From a bacterium (GTDB lineage Bacteria; UBA8248): a stretch of DNA of 64,000 nt. The DNA lies in assembly GCA_965213685.1 (NCBI GenBank), contig CBDBZY010000064.1, positions 992,001 to 1,056,000 of the forward strand, read 5' to 3'. This document shows, one piece after another, positions 54,345-64,000 of the stretch. The position numbers and the translations under genes were made by a program. The stretch's first letter is position 1; each line of letters starts with the position of its first letter. The notes below the pieces were generated by a model that did no database searches, had not been told where the DNA came from, and worked only from the letters and a program-made list of their open reading frames with translations.

Positions 54345-54960
54345 AATAGTAATAATAAAAACATGCTTTTGGAGGAGGCTCCAGATAGTCAGACCAAGGC
54401 CCGTCTCTTGGCTGTTGCATGCCCAGAGTCAGGCGCCTGGCTCAATGCACTCCCTATTGCTGCCTTGGGCCTGTGCTTGAGTGATGATGTGGTAAGAATG
54501 GCAGTTGGCCTCAGGCTTGGAGCATCTCTCTGCCGACCACACATTTGCTCATGCTGCGGGGCAGCAGACTTGGGACACATGGCCTGAGTTGTCGTTTCAG
54601 TAAGGGCCGTCAATCTCGTCATCAAGAGAAGCCTGCAGTTGCTACAGACGCAGAGTTTCAGAAAAAGCAAAAGTAATAACTGTATGCTTACCTTTCCAGC
54701 TTGGGTATATTTATCCCCATTGCTGTGAAGACTTTGGGAGCATTTGGGGTGGAAGCTTGAGGTTTGTTCAAGGAACTGGCCTGATGAATGAGACATGTTA
54801 CAGACGACCACATGACGCACCAACACTTGGTGCAATGTGTCTCAGTGTTTATACAGAAGGGGAATACAGCTGCTGTTCTTAGGGGTATGGAAGGTGGGAG
54901 TGGAGATCAGTTTGTTTTGAACTGTTTTGTCTTTGTTTTTTGTTGTTTGTTTTTTCTTTG
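54345..54960 (+). mobile_element. CRE-clade LINE 3' fragment
   Basis: [19 protein letters not shown]; IQKGNTAAVLRG-like C-terminus. Confidence 0.8.
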
Positions 54961-55054
54961 CTAGTTTATGTTTTGTGTTGATGTGTTTTGTTTTACATTG
55001 ATACTTAACATTTATTCTTCTTATTGTATTTAATTTGCTACTTCTAATGTCCAT

Positions 55055-55755
55055 TCAATGATGTCATTTAGAGATGCATGCCAAGGTTGGCGCTCCCTAC
55101 TGAATCGGCAACTAAGACCATGTATACCAAGGGTGTCAACATGTGCTCTGCAGTTGGTACAATGATGAGGCTGGCAGAGTGGTACCCCCAATCATAACCC
55201 AGCAGCAACCCTAATCACATTGTCACTCATACGCAAACCGAGTGCAGCAACAGGCAAAGCATTCAGCCACACTCCAGACTCTGGACAAGAGCGGCCAGGA
55301 GTCGAGCTTTGGTCTGGCTGTCCTGTGCATGGTCTAACAACTTGTTATAAGTGGCTACAACATGAGGTTCATCCCATGTGCGCAGCTGAAATGAGTTGGG
55401 AGGTGATGGAGGTGATTCTGAGTGGCCCTGGCTCCAGATGGAAATTGCAGATTCAATACTTGGATCTGGATCTAGAAAGACAGCTGATGAAGGCATGATC
55501 TGTTGTACAAGGTAGGAGCGACCAGCAGCAGAGGCTAGAAAGGTTGAGGGTGCCAGCTGTGTTGCTTGACATACACCAAGACCTCCAGCATGTATCAGAA
55601 GTGAAGCCTGCAGCCATGCCAAGTCCTGACTGACATCGACATTCAAGACTGGACACAATATGCGATTGAGAGTATCATCAAAAAACTTTTAATTGAGTTG
55701 AGAGAAAACACGGTGCAGTCCGCAGGATGTAAAGGAGTCGAGGGATGGCCAGGGA
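55055..55755 (-). mobile_element. CRE-clade LINE fragment, inverted copy of ~37535-38230
   Basis: VSQDLAWLQASL..AGGLGV..QLAPS, matching 37620-38230. Confidence 0.85.
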
Positions 55756-55789
55756 TTAAGTGCAGCCTATGTGAGTACTGAGCCTGGTA

Positions 55790-57484
55790 AACGAAAACAT
55801 GAACCAGGGAGTGTTGGAGGGGCGGTATCTGAGGCGTTGTTCTTCAGCCGGAGGTGGTGAGAAATGCTGAGAGAAGAGCATTATTGTTCCAACCTTGTAG
55901 CATTTGTTATTGATGAGGCTAACTGCATCAAAAAGTGGTAAGTCTTAGCCCCAGTATAAGATTTGCTGCTTTAACGTTGCTTTATCTATGCAGGGGATCG
56001 AGATACATTTCTGAGGGAGTTCTCTAGGCTTGGTTTGTAGCATTCTACCGCCCACAGTACATGTCATGGCCCTCACTGCAACTGCTACCATTACACTCAG
56101 GACATCTGTGATGAAAACATTAAGCATGCGGCAAGCTGCAATAGTAGCAGTTTCGCCGGATAAGTGTAACATCACACTGCAAATATACTTTAATCAATTA
56201 ATATGGTTATCTCAGTTTCATGTTTGTTCCCACAATGCCTGACAGATGTAAACAGAAGCAAAGAATGTGCAAAATGTGTACACAATCCAACAATCCATTA
56301 GTCCATTGAGTATGACATAGCAGTGACCACCTGTAATGGGCTGTTTACTGTTATGGGCTGTTTATTCCCCACATGTCAAGTTCCCATCACAACACACATT
56401 ACTCTGGAGACTGTGTACACATTCCACACATGCACTCAGTCTCAAGAGTGTAGGAGAAATAAACACTCAGTGTGGAGGTGACAAGGTGTCATTCAGCTGC
56501 AACTGAGATAACCTTAGCAAGGTTGAAGTAACCATCTTTTTTTTGCAGTGCAAGTACTATTTTCAACAGTTGACGAGAGTTTCTGCCCCATCATCTTCAA
56601 GCTATTGGAGGAGAGTGCAAATGGGCCGCATGATTATATTCTGTCGAACATTTGATGATTGTATGACACTGTATACTTGACATTTAGGAAAGAACTAGAC
56701 ATTCAGGAAAGAGCTTCTTGTTTCCTCCAGATGCACCAGACCTCTCCAGGTATCATTTAGTGGACATGTATACATCATGCACAGAAACTACAGTTAAAAA
56801 CCAAATCAAGTCATTCACTTCAAGTTCACCTCTCAGGGTAGTCATAGCTACAATGGTATGGGTATGATATTTGCCAGATAATTCATTTTGGTGCTCCTGA
56901 GGATATTGAATCATACCTTCAGGCTACTGGGTGAGCTGGATGTGATGGATGTCAAGCTTATGCTCTTCTTATCAATAAGAAAACACATCATATGGAAAAA
57001 GCAATGGCAATGTAATACCTCGCAGTGCCGTTGTTAACTTTTACTTTGATGATTATACTACACCACATTTTGCTAGCAGATGTATGTGTTGTGATTTGTG
57101 TGCTGTGAATTGTGCCTGTAATGAATGTGGTAAAATAATGAAGATATGAAAAACAATTTGTGCTATATTGTAGAGGGGATGTGTTCATTCATCTATTTGC
57201 TCGGGTCTTTGTAATTGACCTTACTCAAGATGCTAGTAGTCTTTTCTCAGTTTTTCAAATGATCAGTACTCGTCCCACTGGATCTTTGCTACGTCAGCTC
57301 AGCGCGTAGCTACCCCCGCAGAGCAACGGTTCATAGGCGTGGCTCAGCTGTGGTAGCGAAGCCACGCCTATGCGGTTAGCACTCACTTATTTGTTACGTA
57401 ACCTCTTACATTCCGGGTCGATGTACACGGCGGTACCATGTCTATTTTTCGCGTACGATTAATAGGCGTGGCTTCGCGAGGCTA
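55790..57484 (+). mobile_element. AcademH-like remnant with RecQ helicase motifs II-VI and right end
   Basis: LVAFVIDEA.CIKKW, VMALTATAT, IIFCRTFDDC, LRVVIAT, YLQATG*AGCDG; ends CGCGAGGCTA; left end not found. Confidence 0.7.
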
Positions 57485-59758
57485 GACTCGAATATCACTC
57501 AGAAACCAGTCCCATTTTATTATTGCGATGTTTACTTATGGCAGGATTTTACATGAGGCTAAAGGTGTTTTGCATGGAAAGGAGGATGCAGCGGTATTAT
57601 CAGTCCACATTTGCTTCACAGGGGAATTTTTTACGTGAGGTCAAAAGAACTTCATTTCTCGCGCAAGGTAACAGTACTACGGGTGTGATAAGTGAAAACT
57701 CTTTCTATCGTTTTAGTTGAGCGCTCTTTAAGTTTTTAAGGGCGTATTATCGAAGGTTGAGAGGAGAGACAACTCTTCATTATGGCTGAAGAGACTCCAG
57801 AGAAGCACTTGTCTGCTGAGATGGTCCCCTGCAGGCAGTACTCCCCAACAGCCATTTAAATGCCAAGCTGCCGCGGAAAAAATCCAATATTGGCTGTCTC
57901 CACGGTAGACCAGACACGGTAGACACGTGGACTTCCAAACAGTGCAATACTTGCATTTGGAGACAAAGGTGACCCATGGGAGCTGCCAGCATACAAAGCA
58001 AGTATTAAAGTTAATAAAATGTGTTGGGTAGCCCAGCCTAGTTAAGTTAGTCAGTGAGGCACAAGCCCTGAAGACTTTTATAAGAGTCAAAGGCCCTCTC
58101 AGTAAGGGTAAGGAGATACGCTATCATTGTCAGTCCCAAGTTACACTTATGCAATATGAGAGGTGGTTTACATGGGGTTAAAGGTCACTCATAACAGTCC
58201 CACTTCTGTATTGTGGTGTATATTTATGGCAGGATTTTCATGTGAGGTTAAAGGTCTCATGCATGGATGGGAGGATGCAGCAAAGTTTATGATATCAGCC
58301 CCTACTTGCTTCCATATCTAACAGGAAAGATTTTACATGACCTGTCAAAAGTCACACTTAAACTTGGCCCCCATGTCATGTAGCTTGATGTTTGTTTCAT
58401 GGAAAGGTATCATGCAAGGTCAAAGTTTACATGGGAAAGTTTTACGCAAGGTCAAAGTTCTTGTGTAAAATCTCCTCATGTACCATATAGTTTTTTTTTT
58501 TTTTACGGATGACAAAATACAATATTATGCAAGCAACCTTTATAAAAACAAAAATGAAATGTGAAACAAGCAGGAACAGTAAAGGCAAGTGATAAATAAA
58601 TAAATAATTAAATATAAAGTGAATGTTATTGTTCCATAAACTGACCCACCTAGTGAAGCAAAGCTTCCGAACATACCAGGTCGATCGGAGGGGAGTGAAT
58701 GGGTTTTCTCCCAGACGACCTAGAGCCTCTGATACACCGAATTGCTGAGCGTAATAATATATTATAGTTCACATGGGAGGGGTTTTACGCAAGGTCAAAG
58801 TTCTTGCGTAAAATCTCCCCATGTATAGTACTAACATGTTACACTGGGATTATTTTTACATGCTGCATAAAATGCCCCCATGATTAGATGATGGTGGAAG
58901 TCACGTAAAATCTTCCCATGATGAACCCATGGGGGATCTCACGTAAATCTCCTCATGATATGATCATGGCAATTTTTCTACTTTTACGCAAGTATCTATT
59001 TGACCGGGCGTATCCGTTTGTTAGAAAGACACTGGAATAGCGCCGCTTGGTGCTCAGAGGGGCTTGAAGAGCCTAACACAAGCGTCCGCTAGTTATTAAG
59101 AAAGCTTTTGCATGTACACGCACAATTATGGTGTCGGTGCCATCCCTACACGACCATCTAGTCTTCTCCTCTTATCGGATGTGTATGCCATCTTCAAGTG
59201 CTCTGTGTGCACGAATGCGTTCAAGAAAACATTTTACCTACTCTGAAGCAACAGTGAAGTAAGATACTGCTGAAACACAGCCCTCTCCGATAGTCTAGCT
59301 TTCGCTTGGGAAAAATTGCTAGGACTTCGCCCGTTTCCTGGCAGTAAGTCTAGGGATGCATCATGGTTACTTGGGGGGGTATCATTGGGTAGAGAAACGT
59401 CGGAATAGGATAGCTAGGTGTCCAGAAAGGCTTAGAACACGAGCGTTCACGAGTTAAGAGTGCTTTCCAATGTACGCACACTTTGGGCGGATCGGCGCCA
59501 TCCCTAGTCTACCAACTCTCTGATAGGATGAAAATCAGCAAACTTCCCGAGGCCACTGTGTGCAAATGTAAGAGTAAGTAGTGTCTTGTCCATGCACCGT
59601 ACTAATACAGGTCATTGTAATCCTTCCCAACTGCATCTTTGTGACTGTTACAGTACAAATATACATACATATAGTGCAGTTATACAAGTAGTAAAAACCT
59701 TGAGTTTTACATATGTTGTCACATGGATATGTTACAAATATGGAAGTAAGACATAGTA

Positions 59759-62700
59759 TTACATGCTATGCTCAAATTCAAGTACTGGTTCCAAAATCCC
59801 TAGTAGGTCTGCATGACTCCACTGTTCCTCAGGATAGAGATGGTAGTAAAAGTCCAATTCCTTATATATCCACTTAAAAAGGTGGTACTTAAGCTCTGGA
59901 GATAATTGAGAGTAGTACTTTTTCAATAGCACTCTTGTTTCCTCCCAAGGATGGTGACTATTATGATCTGTGAAGAAGTTTATAGTTGTATTGAGTTTCT
60001 GCACCAGCAGTTTAACCTCTCTGGAATAATTCTTGAAGTTAGCATAAAAATGATATCGCACTGTGCATGGATGTGCATTGCTCATTGTAGTGGAGAAGTG
60101 TTCATTGAGAGTATCATCATCTGAATCAACAATCCACTGTACAAAATCAGAGAAAGTTAGTTGCAAGTTGTATGCTCCTCTGTTGTGCACCCACCTCATG
60201 AGGTCTAGAGGCCTATACTTTGTTAGAATCCAACGTCTGTGTGCCTCAAAAAACTCCATTTCTTGAGGACGTATATTTTCTTTCAGCAGAAATTCTTTTG
60301 TCACATGAGAACTGTTAAAATATAGTAGTGGCTCTATCTTGTCACGGTAACTGGATAACAATCGTTCTAGAGGATTACGAACCATCATAAACTTGTAGTA
60401 AGTTTTCAGCTTTTCTGCTTTCTCTCTCTCTGTGAGAGATAGGTTAATAAATGATGCCTTCCTTATGGCAGGAGCAAGATACACTTGTTCTGATATTGTA
60501 TCCATTTTAGCAGTCTCTTCTGGAATAAGTCCTTGCACAATAAATATCAGACGTCTAAGGTTAGTACAACCAGCCTGGAGTACAACAAACATTCCATGTG
60601 TCACTGAAACTCTATATACGCAATACTTGACTGACAGCGTCTACAATGTGTGTGCACAAGTGTCTCATTTGATCACACACTCATTTCAAACTGTTGTCAA
60701 AGTGACTACTCCAAAAGCCACATTAAATGTGCACACAGAACCTAGAAAATAGGGGACATAGTAGCTAGTGCTGTCTAATGACTGAGTATAACTTGGGAGA
60801 GGCCCAGTCTACAGTACGCATATGTAATTCAAATTAGAGCTAGTTACCAAAATCCTAAATCACTTAAGGGATTATGTAGTATGGCTTACCTTTGGCAGAA
60901 AACAGAAAATAGTTTTCCTCTTGTCATCAAATATAAGGTGCCTAAAGAGCTTTGTTCGAAGTCCCCTTGGTATTGTCCCTAGTTGAGGACTATCAGAAGT
61001 GTGCATGCCATATTTCTTACAGAACCTGTCGATTTGCGACATTTGCCACTACAAATGAAAGGAAATGATATGTGTAGGATATAAAGAAATAGTATATGTC
61101 TTAGCTGTATGTACATAATAAATTCGGAACACTTGAATAATCTACATTCTGTTATACCCCTCACAACTGTCTAACTCGATTCTCGATTCTCGTCTAAGGG
61201 GCGTGCCGTGCCGTGGGTGTGGTCTAATAATTAGTAAGTTATGCGCGCGCAGATATACGCAGCATTGAGTGGAGCTAACTGAAGACGGAATGACCGAGTC
61301 GAAGCTTGCAAGAGCCTCAACAAAGTTAGCTGCAGCCATCAGGCAGGTAATATCGAGATTTAGGATACCGTATGGCGCATATATTTCGCGGGTCTAAAAT
61401 TTATTTTGGATCTAACAACTTTCAACTCTCTATCTAAAACTTGACACGCTCGCTAGGCGCGGCTTGAGGACGCTCGCGTCTTTCGGTGGGCGGAGTCTCC
61501 AAAATTAATTTCGCGAACGCCTCCAAACTCGCGAAATTCGCAGACCCGCGAAATATAAGCGCTATACGGTAACAGATGGGGTAATCCCCTTCCCCGTCCA
61601 CGTCTGGGAAGCCCATGATGGTCAGTTGAGCAACTAGGAGGTCAGAGTCTAGCTCACCAACTTCCTACTAGTAACTAGGAGGTCTAGCTCACCAACTTTC
61701 TACTGCTTGCATATTCAATTCTTTCTTAACTTGATAAATCGTACTCACTTGGCCCTGTAGACGATTTTGTGACACTTGCACGAGCCAAGGAAATGGCTGA
61801 AAGATGGAAACAAGGAAAAGGACAAACCAAGAAATAATAGACATTGGTAAGATTGGTTTGCACTGAGTCCTCTTGTCTTGCTATGTTTACTAATAATAGA
61901 TTGCATAGATTATATAGATTGTGTGAAATGAGTTGCAGTAGAAAAGGCACCTCTCTGGTGCAAGCTCAAGGCATTGACTAGCTTTCTCCACAACTGTAGC
62001 ATAGGTGTCACACTCATCCACCATCAATTCAAAAATACTGCCAGTCTTTCTGAAACTTTTTTCTACTGCGACTCATTTCACACACTGCAATCTGTGTACA
62101 CCTACATTATTATACATAGCAGGACAGTGCAAACCAATCTTACCAACGTCTTTTGTTTCTTGGTTTGTCCTTTTCCTTGTTTCTGTCCTTTAGCCAGTTC
62201 GTTTGCTTGTGCAAGTGTCACATAATCCCAAACAGTGGTGAGTACAATTTAAGTTTGAATATGCAAGCAGTAGAAAGTTGGTGAGCTAGACCTAGTTACT
62301 CGACTGAGCTTACCATCCATCATGGGCTTCTGAGACATGGACAGAGAAGAGGATTGCCCCATCTGTTATCCAAAATCTCATTGGTGATGGCTGCAGCTAA
62401 CTTTGCTGAGGCTTTTGCAATCTTCAACTCAGTCATTCCGTCTTATATAGCTCCATTCATATATCTGCGCGCGCATAACTTGCTAATTATTAGACCACAC
62501 CCACAGCATGGCACGCCCCTTAGACGAGACTCGAGAATAGACTAAAGTCGAGAATCGAGCTAGACTAAAGTCGAGAATCGAGAATTCAGTTAGACTAAAA
62601 TCGAGAATCGAGAATTCAGTTAGACTATAATCGAGAATCGAGAATTCAGCTAGACTAAAATCGAGAATCGAAAATCGAGAATTCAGAATCGAGAATCGAG

Positions 62701-63368
62701 AATTGTCCCCCTTGGCCACCATAATCTCCTGTTTCCTCATGAAAAACGGGTATTCGCGATGCGATATAGGTAGTAGCCGGACCATTGTCCTATGAATGCG
62801 TCATGTTCCACACAAAAATATGGCGTCGAATGTCGTGCGTAACTTCGCCGCACCTCACGTGCGTGGAGCCACGCCTTTTCATCTAGACTGCAGATGAAGC
62901 GCCCCCCCTAATCTTCCTACGCCACTGTTAGCAATACAGCATATGTAACATAGTCAGGTGATGAAACTCATGGTGCTTTCATATGACCTTTGTTTCCATT
63001 AAAAATGGTTGTGATTTTGAAATCAGCTTGCATACACAATACTATGGTAGTGTTAAGTATGTCACTTTACTCTCATTGGATTACTTCTATGCTGGGTGTA
63101 CTCACCTTACCCCTTGCGGTGATATCTGCATTTTGGGATATTCTCACAAGTCTACTCATTTCATCTCTGGAAAAAAATGGACTTATTGTTGGATACTGTA
63201 CTGATCTGTTGTGGGGAGGCTGAGGGAAGAGTGATTCTGTGCCATCGCTGTAATGTACACTTGTATCTTCCATCATGTTCCATCTCAAGTTTCTATTCCA
63301 TAATGCAGAGTTGGACACAAATTCATCTATTGTTGGTGCTGTGTAGGGCACATGTACACCTGGCCAAC
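59759..63368 (-). CDS. Golgi carbohydrate sulfotransferase copy E; exons 63368-63106, 61048-60890, 60574-59759; first (signal-anchor) exon not found in window
   Basis: Same intron positions and phases as copy B (ARGK|WQ, LPK|AGC); RNPLERLLSSYRDK, NEHF, HPC; all three exons are open. Confidence 0.85.
61172..62545. repeat. Large fold-back element in intron 2 of copy E (arms ~61172-61945 and ~62055-62545)
   Basis: Diverged reverse-complement arms; mirrored ORFs MAAANF..LRAHNLLIIRPHP and VQTNLTNVF..CPFPCF. Confidence 0.85.
61368..61569. mobile_element. Tc/mariner-type MITE with TA TSD
   Basis: TIR CCGTATGGCGCATATATTTCGCGGGTCT / AGACCCGCGAAATATAAGCGCTATACGG; empty site in the opposite arm at ~62367. 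Confidence 0.8.
62538..62705. repeat. 30-bp minisatellite built from TCGAGAA heptamers
   Basis: Unit TAGACTAAAATCGAGAATCGAGAATTCAGT, about 4-5 copies. Confidence 0.9.
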
Positions 63369-64000
63369 CTGTGAAAAGATTTGGAATGAAAGCATCATAC
63401 TCCACATGAAGCTATAATCTGAAAAACAACTGTGGAAATATTGTATGTATGTATGTATGTATGTACCAGGCCCATAGGCTGACAACTGGGTGGGGGGGGG
63501 GGGGGGGGGGGTTTCTTTTCCCAAATGGTGGGCGTGTACACCAGGCCAAACTGGGGAGGATCAGCATCTGGGGCAAACACCTTAGAAAAGCTGGTCATGC
63601 TTACTTGCTGAAGTTAATTGTAGTGGTCTCTACATGACGTTCGACAAGAAGCAGCATGTAATTCAGTTTGTCTGCGACAACCCATACTTCTTGATGTCAT
63701 AACAAACACATGAATGTACATTTTTTCTATACATGTGAACGTTCATGTGCATATTATCCATGATGTACACAGCTGCAAAAGATGTTCTGCACATTTATGA
63801 CATGACTCTTTCCAGCTTATAGCATGTGTAACACTACACATACTCCCTGTTTTACGATCAATGCCCAGCTGGAGGGCAGTTCATCCTCACCCCCATGCAT
63901 CCCCCTAGCCTACGGGCCTGTGTACATGTTGTAGCACTAGAATCTACAGAAGTCAATGGTTCTCATAATTATGTTAGATTTGACCTATGGAATCTACAAA

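Noticed and set aside
62538-62705. CRISPR-like array or repeat protein (FSILDFSL ORF)
   Set aside because: Head-to-tail minisatellite; the ORF is a by-product of the repeat
63419-63421. Alternative acceptor for exon 2 of copy E
   Set aside because: Introduces an in-frame TAG; the acceptor at 63369-63370 matches the phase used in A and B

Overview
Eukaryotic, intron-containing, repeat-rich genomic DNA with no prokaryotic features. The transposon repertoire and ACATGT-rich introns suggest a sponge or other non-bilaterian/marine invertebrate (inference). The only host genes I can support are five Golgi carbohydrate sulfotransferase copies (Sulfotransfer_2 / CHST8-14-like). Four of them lie in a large diverged inverted duplication (arms ~1.16-13.4 kb and ~38.5-54.8 kb) around a ~25 kb spacer made almost wholly of nested transposons. 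Copy B (+, 40978-52590, 4 exons, 433 aa) looks intact. Copy E (-, 59759-63368) has three open exons and exon 1 is not found in the window. Copy A carries one nonsense codon, and C and D are pseudogenes with different lesions. The mobile elements include AcademH-like elements (TAG..CTA ends, 9-bp TSDs, RecQ-helicase remnants, sizes from 55 bp to 1.8 kb), TTAA Kolobok-like MITEs, HINE/Helentron-like families, hAT- and pogo-like MITEs, CRE and CR1/L2-like LINE fragments, tRNA-derived SINE-like repeats and Penelope-type hammerhead ribozyme motifs. Family assignments come from motif recognition by eye; no searches were run.
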